Of a stretch of 63,964 bases of DNA, positions 1 through 10,121 are shown piece by piece (the first letter of the stretch is position 1; each line of letters starts with the position of its first letter). The translations under genes and the position numbers were made by a program. Source of the DNA: Ignavibacteriales bacterium (GTDB lineage: Bacteria > Bacteroidota > Ignavibacteria > UBA10030 > UBA8401); the NCBI GenBank assembly GCA_016182545.1, contig JACPGG010000094.1:1-63964 (forward strand), in the 5' to 3' direction. A model generated the notes under the pieces. It did not search any database and was not told where the DNA came from. It saw nothing but the letters and a program-made list of their open reading frames with translations.

Positions 1-1
1 T

Positions 2-2107
2 GGACACGGACACACATATCCCGGTGCAACTGTGCCGTTCGGTATGGTGCAAGTGAGTCCCGACAATGGACGGGATGGATGGGATTGGTCGTCGGGTTAT
101 CACTATTCAGATTCACTCATCAAAGGATTCAGCCACACGCATTTCAGCGGGACCGGGATCGGCGATCTGTGTGATGTACTGCTGATGCCGGCTATTCTGA
201 AGGATCCGAAAGCAAACTATGCTTCGCGGTTCTCACACGATCAGGAATCTGCTTCGCCCGGATACTATCAGGTAAAACTGCAAACGAGCGGGATCAATGT
301 TGATCTCACCGCTGCGACGCGTGCGGGGTTTCACCGGTATACATTTCCAAAGAGCACCGATGCGAAGATCATTCTCGATCTCAGCCATCATATAAATTGG
401 GATTCCCCTGTTCAATCGCAGATCAACATCGTCAATTCCACAACAGTAACAGGCTTTCGTCATTCACGCGGCTGGGCGCCGAATCAAAAAGTATTCTTTT
501 TTATGAAATTCTCGAAGCCGTTCAGATCATATCTTGTTGGCAATGATTCTCTTCTGCAAAGAAAAAAGAAATCGCAGACCGAAAAAGGGACGAAAGCAGT
601 TTTTGAATTCAGCACGAAAAAAGATGAGCAGATCCTCGTGAAAGTCGGGATCTCAGGCGTCGATATCGACGGCGCGATGAAGAATCTGGATTCAGAAATT
701 CCGCATTGGAATTTTGAGCAGGTGCGGAAAGAAGCGGAAGAATTGTGGAAAAAAGAATTGAACAAAATAAAGATCACCACATCCGACCGTGCGGCAAAAG
801 AGACATTCTATACCGCGCTCTACCATACGATGCTGGCGCCGGTGGTTTATCAAGATGTCGACGGACGGTATCGCGGGGGAGATGATAAAATCCATGTCGC
901 AAAAAGATTCACGAACTATACAATCTTCTCGTTGTGGGATACATTCCGCGCCGCGCATCCGTTGTTCACGATCGTTCAACCGGAACGGGTGAACGATTTC
1001 GTCAATTCGATGCTGGCATTCAACCGCGAGTTCGGCTATTTGCCGATCTGGAATTTCCATGCGAATGAAACATATTGCATGATCGGATATCATTCTGTCC
1101 CTGTCATCGTCGATGCATATATGAAAGGATTCCGCGGATTCGATGCCGAAGAAGCATTCGCTGCAATGGCGAAGAGTGCGGCTAAGGATACGCTTGGATT
1201 GAATTGGTATCGGCAATACAAATATGTTCCTACCGATTTGGAGGTGGAATCGGTATCGAAGACACTCGAGTATGCGTTCGACGACTGGTGCATAGCGCAG
1301 ATGGCGAAGCATTTGAAAAAGATCGAGGAGTACAAAATCTTCAATGAACGTGCTACGTATTATCAAAATCTTTTCGATACGACCACGTTCTTCTTCAGAG
1401 GAAAATTATCGAATGGCTCATGGCGCGAACCGTTCGATCCGTTGAGTATCCACCACCGAATGAACGATTATACCGAAGGGAATGCGTGGCAATATTCATG
1501 GTTCGTACCGCACGATGTGGAGGGTTTGATTCGATTGAGCGGTGGGAAAGAGCGGTTCCTTGCGCGTCTCGATTCGTTATTCGGGCAAACGACAACGCTC
1601 ACCGGGGCACATATCTCCCCCGATGTATCGGGACTCATCGGACAGTACGCTCACGGCAACGAACCGAGCCATCATATTGCTTATTTGTATTCATTCGCAG
1701 GTGCTCCATGGAAAACGCAGGAAAAAGTGCGGGAAATTATGACGACAATGTACAATAATTCACCCGCCGGGCTCTGCGGCAATGAAGATTGTGGTCAAAT
1801 GTCTGCATGGTACATTTTCAGCGCGTTAGGATTGTATCCTGTCAATCCCGCCGAAGGGACGTATGTATTTGGTTCACCGCTGTTCGAATCTGCCGAAGTA
1901 CAAATTGGGGAAAAGAAGTTGACGATCGCTGCAATGAATGTCCCGTCATCAAACAAATACGTTCGTTCCGTGATGTTGAACGGAAGACCGCTTTCAGGGA
2001 TTTCTGTGCGGCATGAAGATCTTGTGAACGGAGGAGAGATGATATTTGAGATGTCGGGGATCCCGGAAATAAAAAAAGGGGTGCCCGAACAGGACACCCC
2101 TCGATGA
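2..2107 (+). CDS. Glycoside hydrolase family 92 alpha-mannosidase, 5' end cut by window edge
   Basis: The frame of ORF 32..2107 stays open back to nt 2 and reads GHGHTYPGATVPFGMVQVSPD, the conserved GH92 N-terminal block. GNEPSHHIAYLY and CGNEDCGQMSAWY blocks follow later. Confidence 0.9.
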   Translation, partial: GHGHTYPGATVPFGMVQVSPDNGRDGWDWSSGYHYSDSLIKGFSHTHFSGTGIGDLCDVLLMPAILKDPKANYASRFSHDQESASPGYYQVKLQTSGINVDLTAATRAGFHRYTFPKSTDAKIILDLSHHINWDSPVQSQINIVNSTTVTGFRHSRGWAPNQKVFFFMKFSKPFRSYLVGNDSLLQRKKKSQTEKGTKAVFEFSTKKDEQILVKVGISGVDIDGAMKNLDSEIPHWNFEQVRKEAEELWKKELNKIKITTSDRAAKETFYTALYHTMLAPVVYQDVDGRYRGGDDKIHVAKRFTNYTIFSLWDTFRAAHPLFTIVQPERVNDFVNSMLAFNREFGYLPIWNFHANETYCMIGYHSVPVIVDAYMKGFRGFDAEEAFAAMAKSAAKDTLGLNWYRQYKYVPTDLEVESVSKTLEYAFDDWCIAQMAKHLKKIEEYKIFNERATYYQNLFDTTTFFFRGKLSNGSWREPFDPLSIHHRMNDYTEGNAWQYSWFVPHDVEGLIRLSGGKERFLARLDSLFGQTTTLTGAHISPDVSGLIGQYAHGNEPSHHIAYLYSFAGAPWKTQEKVREIMTTMYNNSPAGLCGNEDCGQMSAWYIFSALGLYPVNPAEGTYVFGSPLFESAEVQIGEKKLTIAAMNVPSSNKYVRSVMLNGRPLSGISVRHEDLVNGGEMIFEMSGIPEIKKGVPEQDTPR
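2070..2101 (-). terminator. Rho-independent terminator for the 2130..2522 gene, embedded in the 3' end of the convergent GH92 CDS
   Basis: On the minus strand, aggggtg-N11-cacccct is followed directly by a T8 run. It lies 29 nt downstream of the minus-strand stop at 2130. Confidence 0.7.
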
Positions 2108-2129
2108 TGAGCTCACCACAGCGGGAAGG

Positions 2130-2522
2130 TCAGACAGTCTCCGTATAGACCCGAAGAACTTTCCACCGTCCGCCGTAGTAATGAAATACAGCAGTCATGA
2201 CAACCTGTTTGCCGTTGAATGTACCGGTTGCCCTAACCTCTGATTGGGTAGCAGAAAATGATGCAGGTCGACTGGATGCATATGCCACAGTTCCACCCAT
2301 CGTGGAAAGCGACCGGGTCGAGAATGAATACAACGACGCGTTGTCCGCCATGTACGCAAGAGCGAGCGATACACCCGTCTGCGCAAGTTGTTCCGCCTGG
2401 GCGGTTGAAGTAGCATTCAGCGCGTTGCTGAAATTCGTCTCATCAGCCCGATTGAAACTGATGGTATAGAAGCCGAGAATGACATAGACACCCGACAGCA
2501 TCACTATCTTGGATGTACCCAT
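2130..2522 (-). CDS. Hypothetical membrane-anchored 130-aa protein, paralog A (PilX-N-like N-terminus?)
   Basis: It has an N-terminal hydrophobic helix (IVMLSGVYVILGFYTISF) followed by AQAEQLAQTGVSLALAYM. An SD-like aaaggggggg lies upstream. It is about 88% identical to 2814..3206. Confidence 0.75.
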   Translation of the reverse strand: MGTSKIVMLSGVYVILGFYTISFNRADETNFSNALNATSTAQAEQLAQTGVSLALAYMADNASLYSFSTRSLSTMGGTVAYASSRPASFSATQSEVRATGTFNGKQVVMTAVFHYYGGRWKVLRVYTETV

Positions 2523-2813
2523 AATCGACCCCCCTTTCTTGTTGTTCCGTTACCCTGTGTGAACTCTACACTACTGCATTCATTTCATCATCAATCTATT
2601 CCTCCCTGTTTTGAAAAGCAACGAAACAATAGCTAGATGATTTTAACCAATTCCTTAATCACTTCTAATTGGAGACTTCTAATCAAATATTGATCGGTGT
2701 GATGACAGGTGAGGCGAAGCGAGGAAAAATCGGATGATGGATGCTTTAAAACTGAAAGGGCACATCTTTCATAAGACGCGCCCTGTTTTAAATGATGTTG
2801 TATTCTGAAGAGT

Positions 2814-3206
2814 CTAGACTGTTTCTCTGTACACTTTGAGGATCTTCCACCGGCCTCCGTAGTAGTGGAACACTGCGGTCATGATAACCTGTTTGCCGTT
2901 GAACGTGCCGGTTGCCGTCACTTGAGATTGGGTAACAGGAAATGACGCCGGACGGCTGGATGCGTACGCCACTGTTCCACCCATCGTAGAAAGAGACCGT
3001 GTCGAGAATGAATACAAAGACGAATTATCCGCCATGTATGCGAGTGCGAGCGACACACCTGTCTGCGCCAGCTGTTCTGCCTGAGCGATGGATGTTGAAT
3101 TCAGCGCGGTGCTGTAGTTCGTCTCGTCAACGCGGTTGAAGCTCAGTGTATAGAAGCCGAGAATGACGTAGAGTCCTGACAGCATCACGATTTTTGACGT
3201 ACCCAT
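2814..3206 (-). CDS. Hypothetical membrane-anchored 130-aa protein, paralog B
   Basis: Same length and architecture as 2130..2522. SD aaaggagg lies upstream. A candidate terminator hairpin (gggcac...gcgccc) lies at about 2757-2790. Confidence 0.75.
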   Translation of the reverse strand: MGTSKIVMLSGLYVILGFYTLSFNRVDETNYSTALNSTSIAQAEQLAQTGVSLALAYMADNSSLYSFSTRSLSTMGGTVAYASSRPASFPVTQSQVTATGTFNGKQVIMTAVFHYYGGRWKILKVYRETV

Positions 3207-3326
3207 TTTCGACCTCCTTTCTTGTTATTCTGTTACCCTGTGTGGGGCGTAATCTACTTCCTTCATCTGGGATACAATGTATTCGAGGTCACTTTGAAAA
3301 GCAATGAAACAATAGTTAGAAACAAG

Positions 3327-3351
3327 AAATCCGCCTTGACAAGGCGGATTT
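3327..3351 (-). terminator. Terminator hairpin downstream of the tRNA pair
   Basis: aaatccgcc-ttgacaa-ggcggattt forms a perfect 9-bp stem. On the minus strand it is followed by a T-rich tract (tttcttgttt). Confidence 0.7.
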
Positions 3352-3359
3352 CTTATGAG

Positions 3360-3431
3360 TACTCCCAACGGGAATCGAACCCGTGTTACAAGCTTGAAAA
3401 GCTCGTGTCCTAACCCCTAGACGATGGGAGC
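3360..3431 (-). tRNA. tRNA-Glu (anticodon UUC)
   Basis: I hand-folded a 72-nt cloverleaf: acceptor GCTCCCA/TGGGAGT, D arm GTCT-AGGGGTTA-GGAC, anticodon arm CGAGC-TTTTCAA-GCTTG, and T arm ACGGG-TTCGATT-CCCGT. CCA is not encoded. Confidence 0.9.
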
Positions 3432-3441
3432 GCTTTGAGTG

Positions 3442-3516
3442 GGTGACCAGTGGGACTTGAACCCACGGCCTCCAGGGCCACAACCTGGCGTTCTAACCAA
3501 CTGAACTATGGCCACC
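3442..3516 (-). tRNA. tRNA-His (anticodon GUG) with genome-encoded G-1
   Basis: I hand-folded a cloverleaf: G-1 plus acceptor GTGGCCA/TGGTCAC with discriminator C73, anticodon loop TTGTGGC, and T arm GTGGG-TTCAAGT-CCCAC. Confidence 0.9.
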
Positions 3517-3606
3517 ATAGAATAAAAAACCATCCTATTATCCTGGATGGCTTTTTTAAGCGGTATCAATATACCCAAAATTAGATTTTATCGCAAGGAG
3601 ATTTCA

Positions 3607-4539
3607 TTAAAGGTTCTTAACCCGTTCGTTCCACCAGCGATCCAATCTCTTTCCGCTCCAAACCGTGAAGAAGAAGAAGCACACTCCCGCTATAACATCA
3701 ATAAGGTAATGGTACCGCAAGTACACTGTTGCAATGATGAGCAATGAACCGACAACCAGCAGCCACCGGCGATGCATCGATCGTTTTGTGAAAGCGAGAT
3801 GCATTGCAGTCAACGTCAATTGTGTGTGTCCGCTCGGGAATGCATCTCGATGGACAAACTCGATCGGATTTGTAACTCCCGCAACAATGCCCCCCCCTGA
3901 ATTGATGATATCACGCAGCAGGGGAGTGAGAAACAAACCGGGCAACTCAGTATCGTACGAAAAAAAATCGTGCAGTGTGAATCGTGGACCGACAGCAGGG
4001 ACCAGCATGTAGCCGATGTAGGAAAGATAAAACCCGTACACGATCATCATAGCGCCGGAATAGAATTCCGATCGGTCGCTTCTGCGGTAGAATTCAAAAA
4101 AAAGTGCAATAAAAAAAAGATAATAAGATGAGTACGCCAATTGTAAAATTTCAGTGATGATGGGGTGTGTGAATTGATACACCCACACTGTCGGATCGAC
4201 ACCGAACAACGCGCGGTCAATTGCGATGAGCAGTCCGTCGTAATCTTTCCCGTGAAGAGAATGTGCGATAGATGATGTTTGAGTGTAGATGAACAATATC
4301 GCCGGAACGAGGTACCAATCCCTCGCTGAACGTATGATCGGTACGACATTGGTTTTTCGTCTATCGACGTACTTTGCTATGTTATAGATAAAAAGTATCG
4401 ATGCTGTATTCCGTATAAGGAGGATATACCAATGGTCGATCCGGTGGTAAAAAACGATTTCGATAAGGGATAAAAAAAGAAGAAAGGTGAGCGTGACAAT
4501 ATCCGCCGAAGTGAGGAATGAAAAATATTTTTTCATCAT
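3607..4539 (-). CDS. PAP2-superfamily membrane phosphatase / phosphotransferase-like protein
   Basis: It is a multi-TM protein with PSGH and LRYHYLIDVIAG (SRxxxxxHxxxD-like) PAP2 motifs near the C-terminus. Confidence 0.75.
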   Translation of the reverse strand: MMKKYFSFLTSADIVTLTFLLFLSLIEIVFYHRIDHWYILLIRNTASILFIYNIAKYVDRRKTNVVPIIRSARDWYLVPAILFIYTQTSSIAHSLHGKDYDGLLIAIDRALFGVDPTVWVYQFTHPIITEILQLAYSSYYLFFIALFFEFYRRSDRSEFYSGAMMIVYGFYLSYIGYMLVPAVGPRFTLHDFFSYDTELPGLFLTPLLRDIINSGGGIVAGVTNPIEFVHRDAFPSGHTQLTLTAMHLAFTKRSMHRRWLLVVGSLLIIATVYLRYHYLIDVIAGVCFFFFTVWSGKRLDRWWNERVKNL

Positions 4540-4545
4540 GGATTT

Positions 4546-5932
4546 CTACAGCAGCAGTGAAAGGAACAATGTTGAAAATCCGAGGAATGAAATGAATCCG
4601 AACGCATCGGTGCAGGTGGTGACAAGTACGGCAGAGGCGAGTGCAGGATCGATCTTTGCCCACTTCAGCAGCAGCGGAATAAGCGTCCCCATAAATCCGG
4701 CAACGACAAGGTTGGTGATCATCGCCAGGAACATCACCACGCCGAGCATTGCATTACCATACACCAACGCAATGACCGATCCGGCAAGAAATCCGACCAG
4801 CGTACCGTTGAGCAACCCGACCATCACCTCTTTCAGCAGCGCTTTCCGTGCATTCTTGAAATCGATCTCGCCGAGTGCAATGCCGCGCACCATCAGCGTG
4901 ATCGCTTGTGTTCCCGCATTTCCTCCCATCCCGGCGACGATCGGCATGAGAGCCGCCAGCACCACCAGCGACTGGATTGTCGATTGAAACAGATTGACAA
5001 TGCTCGAAGTGACCAAGCCCGTCAGCAGGTAGACACTTAACCACGGCAGCCGCCGTCTGATCGACTGTAACGGAGAAGTCGTTACACGTTCATCTTCTGC
5101 AACGCCGCCGAGGCGCAGGATATCTTCCGACGCCTCTTCGGTGATGACGTCAACGATATCGTCGATTGTAATACGTCCCACAAGCCGTCCGGAAAAATCG
5201 ACGACAGGAAGAACGATCATTGTACTTCTTGAAAATATTCGCCACCTCTTCCTGATCGACATTCGTTTTTATGCTGATAATATCGGTATCCATCACTTTG
5301 TACACTTTTTTCAGCGGCGAAAGCAGGATAAGATTTGAAACGCTCAGACTGCCGGCAAGGATCCCGTTCTCATCAATGACGTACACGGTATAGAATTGTT
5401 CGCCCGGATTCTCTTTTGCCGCACGCCGCACCGCCTGCACAGCTTTCTTCACCGTCTCTTTCTTTTGTACTGTGATCACTTCCTTCTGCATCAAACCGCC
5501 GGCGGTGTTCTCGTCATACTGCAGCAATTCCTGCAATTCCGAGAGATCTTTTTCGCTCAGTTCTTCCAACACTTCTTCCGCTTTATCCTTCGACAATTCG
5601 GAAACAAGGTCGGTCGCTTCGTCGGTCGGCAGTTCTTCTACGATCTCAGAGAGAGTCTGACTCCGCAATGTTTGCAGAAAATGTTCGCGATGGTCGTCAT
5701 CCAGCTCAACGATCACTTTTCCCTGATCTTCCGTGGTGAGCAACGAGAAAAGATATTTGCCGTCTTCGAATTCCAGCCTGTTGATGATGTGAGCAATATC
5801 GGCAGGATACAGATCGTTGATAATGTTCTTCAGCAGGAAATCGGATTTTGAACGGATCAGGTCGAGAATGTCTGCCATCAGTTCGTCGTCGACCTCAATG
5901 AGATCTTGCGGCATGAATGTTTCGTCACTCAT
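4546..5932 (-). pseudogene. mgtE: Magnesium transporter MgtE, interrupted by a frameshift near 5215-5225
   Basis: The N-terminal MgtE-N and CBS part is in the frame of ORF 5150..5992 (likely start MSDETF at 5932). The CBS end and TM domain are in ORF 4546..5262. The frames meet at ...ANIFKKYN / MIVLPVVDFSGRL. The start ATG overlaps the rsmA stop (ATGAGTGA). Confidence 0.8.
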
Positions 5933-6743
5933 TCGGCTCCTCCACGGCGGTCTCGAGTAGTGTTGCAGCAAGCGGCTCCAATTCGTCCGCAAGTGTGACG
6001 AAATCGGATACCGTTAATTCTTCCGGACGCTGGTCAAGATTGACGCTCAGGCGCTCAAACTCGGCAGGGGGGACGCCGAGATGCCTCAATCCGTTGCGAA
6101 GTGTCTTTCTCCGCAGTCCGAATGTTCCGCGGACCACCTTTCTGAACAAGTGATCATTCTTTGCACGCTGAGGTGCAGGTGCCGTAAAATCCAACTGCAG
6201 CACCGTTGAAGAGACAGACGGAACGGGGAAAAAGGAGTTTTTCGAAACGCTGAACAAATTCCTCGGAGTGCAATAGTATTGCAAAAAAACCGACAGAATA
6301 CCGTAATCTTTGGTGCGCGGCTTTCCCGTGATCCGTTGTGCAACTTCCGCCTGCATCATCACGACAAAATCGGAAACGACATTCCGCGCTTCGACCACGT
6401 GAAAGAGAATAGGGGTTGTAATGTTATATGGGATATTGCCGATGACGCGGATCTTATTGTTCTCTTTTGCCAGAGTATTCCACGAAACATTCAGCACATC
6501 GTTATGGATGACGGAGACCTTTTCTCCGAACTGTTCCTTTAGTTGGGGAGCAAGTTCGTTGTCAATTTCGATGACGGTGAGATGCGGAACATGGTCCAAT
6601 AATAAAGCGGTGAGAGCCCCTTTGCCGGGACCTATTTCGACGATCGAATCGGTCGGCTGGGGATCGAAAAGACGGACGATCTTCTGCGCAACATTTGGAT
6701 CCTGCAGAAAATTTTGGCCGAGCGATTTTTTTGGTCGATACAC
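5925..6743 (-). CDS. rsmA: 16S rRNA (adenine1518/1519-N6)-dimethyltransferase
   Basis: It has the KKSLGQNFLQDPNV N-terminus and the VIEIGPGKGALT SAM-binding motif. Confidence 0.93.
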   Translation of the reverse strand: MYRPKKSLGQNFLQDPNVAQKIVRLFDPQPTDSIVEIGPGKGALTALLLDHVPHLTVIEIDNELAPQLKEQFGEKVSVIHNDVLNVSWNTLAKENNKIRVIGNIPYNITTPILFHVVEARNVVSDFVVMMQAEVAQRITGKPRTKDYGILSVFLQYYCTPRNLFSVSKNSFFPVPSVSSTVLQLDFTAPAPQRAKNDHLFRKVVRGTFGLRRKTLRNGLRHLGVPPAEFERLSVNLDQRPEELTVSDFVTLADELEPLAATLLETAVEEPNE

Positions 6744-6891
6744 GATGATAATTTTTTCAATTCAGCCGGAGGTGGAACAGCCGTGGCTGAGAACAGTAAA
6801 ACTTTTTGAAAATATACGGAATCGACACTGGTTTATCAATGACTATTCTGTTCCTTGCCTCTCTCTCATTTTATTTTGATATTGAACAATC

Positions 6892-9222
6892 ATGAGGCAG
6901 AAGATCGTTTATTTTATCCGTCAGATCGGCGCTCCCGACAGTCTTGCTGCAAAGTGGCTCATCTTTATCGCACTCGTCGTTGTTGTGGCATTGATGTTTC
7001 CGCAGGGACTGTCCGTTGAATCCGACTATTCCGTAGGAATTATCTGGACCGAAGCGGACCTGTACGCGCCGTTCGCATTCCCGATCTACAAAAATGAGCG
7101 GGAGTACGAGCGTGAACGCGAACTTGCTGCCGCAAAAGTGTACAAAGTATTCGAAGAGAATGCGTATATCGCGCAGAACAGCATCGACTCGCTGAGGAAG
7201 TTTTTCGACCTTATCGAAAAGATCATTGATAGAAAGAAGGAAAATGAGCAGGAGATCGAATCCGCGTTGTCGAATTTTCCGCTGCCGCTGCGTGAAAGCG
7301 AGTGGCAGACACTATGGCTGCTCCGCAATGCCGAGCGTCAGCACCGAAATGTACAGCACTATACATTTGAAAAACTCCGGCGCGATGTATTGCTTGTGGT
7401 GAACGGGCTGTACCTGCAGGGGATCATCGATGTGAGGAAGTCCCAATTTAAAGAGAATGAACTTATTGCCCGGCGGAAGAAGACGCTCGAGCAGATCATC
7501 CCGATCAGCAAACTGTACGATGTGACTGAACTCGGCAAAACAGTTCAGCAGACATTCATTACGGGATACAAAGCGGAGAACGATACGGTTTCCGTTGCGA
7601 CAAAGATCGCGTTGTCGTTTCTTTCACCGAACGTGGTGTATCAAAAAGAACAGACAGACCGCGAGGTCCAATTTGCGACAGACCTTGTTCCGCGCACTCT
7701 CGGTGCGGTGAGCGAGGGGGAACGGATCATTGCAAAAAAAGAGCGGATCACCCCTGAAATACAATTGAGACTTGACTCGCTGAAGAAAGCAAAGGAAGAA
7801 CGGGGCGCCGGCATCAACGCGTACGTGACATTTCTCGGAAAAGGTCTGCACGTGTTCGCCGTTGTCTGGATATTGGCGATGTATCTCTTCCTGTTTCGCA
7901 AACGCATTTACCACGACAACAGGAAATTGATCCTGATCGGTACACTGCTTCTTGTCGTTTCATTTATCGCATATTTGACTGTCTTTATCGCAGTGCCGCT
8001 GCCTCTCCGCTTTTTGATCGTTGTGCCGGCAATGTCGATGCTCATCGGGATCATCTTTGATTCCCGCGTGGCATTTTACAGCACTGTTGTCATCTCGTTG
8101 CTTATTGCAGGCATCCGCAGCAACGATTACGGGATCGCCCTCGCTTCGTTGGTTGCCGGTTCGTTCGCGATCTACACCGTTCGGGACATCAAAAAACGGA
8201 CACAGATCTTCCGTTCCATCATTTATATTTTCCTCGGTTACAGTACTGCCATACTTGCATTAGGATTGGAAAGATACGAATCGATTGAAACGATAGGAAA
8301 CCAGCTCCTTGTCGCTTCGTTCAATGCAATTCTTTCTCCGATCATTACATACGGAATTTTGATCTTCATTGAAAAGACATTCAGCATTTCGACCGAACTG
8401 ACACTGGTCGATCTGTCCGATCTGAATCATCCGCTCTTGAAAGAGCTCGCTCATAAAGCTCCCGGAACATTTCACCACAGTGTCAGCGTTGCAACCCTCT
8501 CCGCATCTGCTGCTGAAGTTATCGGAGCGAATGCGACCCTCACGTACGTCGGGGCGTTGTACCATGATATCGGGAAGATGGTGAATTCCGACTCGTTCGT
8601 CGAGAACCAGATCGGATCGGAGAACAAACACCGCGCTATGAGTCCGCGCAAGAGTGCCCGTATCATCGCATCGCACGTGGACGACGGGATAAAACTTGCG
8701 CGGGAGTATCATCTGCCGGAATCGGTCATCGATTTCATCCCGATGCACCACGGCACGATGCACATCGGATTCTTTTACGAGAAAGCGATGCGCCAAAAGA
8801 AAAATGCAGGGGAGATCGACGAGAACGATTACCGGTACCCCGGACCGAAACCGACAACGAAAGAAACAGGGATCGTGTTGCTTGCCGACGGTATTGAAGC
8901 TTCCACCCGCGCAATCGTTGAACCGACCGTGGAGAAGATCGAAGCGAATATCGAATCGCTGATCAAATTCCGTCTGCTGGAAGGGGAACTCGACGAGAGC
9001 ACGCTGAACCTGCGGGATCTGACACGCATCAAGGAGAGCTTCCTGAAGATCCTTATCGGCATTCATCATTCGCGGCTCCGGTATCCTGAAAAAGAGAGTG
9101 TGGAACAAGTGATGCCGCAGCAGCCCGAGATCGTGCAGCCGAAATCGAAGCGGGAAAAACCAGGCAAACATGCATCCGAGCAACGTCTTCAGCGGACAAT
9201 CGATTCGATCGATCTTAAATGA
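6892..9222 (+). CDS. pgpH: 7TM-HD membrane phosphohydrolase (PgpH/YqfF-type HDIG protein)
   Basis: It has an N-terminal extracytoplasmic domain, a 7-TM block, and an HD domain with LYHDIGK and DGIEA. Confidence 0.85.
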   Translation: MRQKIVYFIRQIGAPDSLAAKWLIFIALVVVVALMFPQGLSVESDYSVGIIWTEADLYAPFAFPIYKNEREYERERELAAAKVYKVFEENAYIAQNSIDSLRKFFDLIEKIIDRKKENEQEIESALSNFPLPLRESEWQTLWLLRNAERQHRNVQHYTFEKLRRDVLLVVNGLYLQGIIDVRKSQFKENELIARRKKTLEQIIPISKLYDVTELGKTVQQTFITGYKAENDTVSVATKIALSFLSPNVVYQKEQTDREVQFATDLVPRTLGAVSEGERIIAKKERITPEIQLRLDSLKKAKEERGAGINAYVTFLGKGLHVFAVVWILAMYLFLFRKRIYHDNRKLILIGTLLLVVSFIAYLTVFIAVPLPLRFLIVVPAMSMLIGIIFDSRVAFYSTVVISLLIAGIRSNDYGIALASLVAGSFAIYTVRDIKKRTQIFRSIIYIFLGYSTAILALGLERYESIETIGNQLLVASFNAILSPIITYGILIFIEKTFSISTELTLVDLSDLNHPLLKELAHKAPGTFHHSVSVATLSASAAEVIGANATLTYVGALYHDIGKMVNSDSFVENQIGSENKHRAMSPRKSARIIASHVDDGIKLAREYHLPESVIDFIPMHHGTMHIGFFYEKAMRQKKNAGEIDENDYRYPGPKPTTKETGIVLLADGIEASTRAIVEPTVEKIEANIESLIKFRLLEGELDESTLNLRDLTRIKESFLKILIGIHHSRLRYPEKESVEQVMPQQPEIVQPKSKREKPGKHASEQRLQRTIDSIDLK

Positions 9223-10121
9223 AATCAGATATCCAATCCTACCTGAGATTTCTTCAATTGGAAAAATCACTCGCGGTCAATTCCGTTCAATCATATGAAC
9301 GGGATATCGCGCGCTACAAGATCTTTCTGGAAGAATCACGGCGGCAAAAATTCGACGCCGTGACGGAAAACGATGTCTCCCGTTTCATCAGAATGCTGCG
9401 GGATGTGGGACTTTCTCCGAAAAGCATCGCACGGAATATCTCTGCAATCAAAGGATTGCACAAATTCCTTGTGGGTGAGCGGAAGGCAACGACTGACCCG
9501 ACAGAAAATATCGAACTGCCGAAATTAGGGAAACATCTTCCTGACGTTTTAAATATCGATGAAGTGAACCGGATTCTCGATGCCGCCGATCCGTCATCGC
9601 CAGCGGCAAAGGAAATGATCTGGCGCGACCGCGCGATCCTTGAAACATTGTATGCAACCGGGATGCGCGTATCGGAACTGACCGGATTGAAGCAGCAGAA
9701 TATTATGGAAGAGCAGCAACTTGTGCGGGTCTTCGGGAAGGGTTCGAAAGAACGGCTTGTGCCGATCGGCGAGCCGGCGCTGAAATGGATCGATGAGTAC
9801 AAGCGAAGAGTGCGTGTGAAGTTGGCACAGAGCAGAAGAACGAACGACGCTGTCTTTCTCAATGTCCGCGGCACACCGATCTCCCGCGTCTCTGTCTGGA
9901 AGATCGTTGCCGAATACACCCGGCGTGCGGGAATCAAGAAGGAAATTCATCCCCACACGTTCCGTCATTCGTTCGCTACGCATTTGCTGGAAGGTGGAGC
10001 CGATCTGCGCGCAGTGCAGGAGATGCTGGGGCATGCGGATATTTCCACGACGCAGATATACACTCATATTGATAGAGAGCTGCTGAAACAACAGCACAAA
10101 CAATTTCATCCACGTGCATGA
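9219..10121 (+). CDS. xerD: Tyrosine recombinase XerD/XerC family
   Basis: It has an N-terminal SAM-like domain, [38 protein letters not shown], and catalytic R..HxxR..Y. Its start overlaps the pgpH stop (ATGA). Confidence 0.88.
   Translation: MKSDIQSYLRFLQLEKSLAVNSVQSYERDIARYKIFLEESRRQKFDAVTENDVSRFIRMLRDVGLSPKSIARNISAIKGLHKFLVGERKATTDPTENIELPKLGKHLPDVLNIDEVNRILDAADPSSPAAKEMIWRDRAILETLYATGMRVSELTGLKQQNIMEEQQLVRVFGKGSKERLVPIGEPALKWIDEYKRRVRVKLAQSRRTNDAVFLNVRGTPISRVSVWKIVAEYTRRAGIKKEIHPHTFRHSFATHLLEGGADLRAVQEMLGHADISTTQIYTHIDRELLKQQHKQFHPRA

Noticed and set aside
692-1366. 224-aa minus-strand ORF inside the GH92 gene, plus similar antisense ORFs at 25222..25908, 29958..30791, 9594..10109 and 18738..19364
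   Set aside because: All are fully nested in genes with clear family motifs on the other strand, and none shows a recognisable domain.
2130-3520. tRNA-adjacent genomic island or integrative element
   Set aside because: I detected no integrase, no att-like direct repeat of the tRNA 3' end, and no mobility genes. The only recombinase in the window (xerD, 9219) has housekeeping-type context and is 5.7 kb away.
8260-9270. 336-aa minus-strand ORF antisense to pgpH/xerD
   Set aside because: It lies entirely inside the strongly supported HD-domain and XerD coding regions. Its product is Arg/Phe/Cys-rich low-complexity sequence with no motif, signal or RBS. It is a typical shadow ORF.
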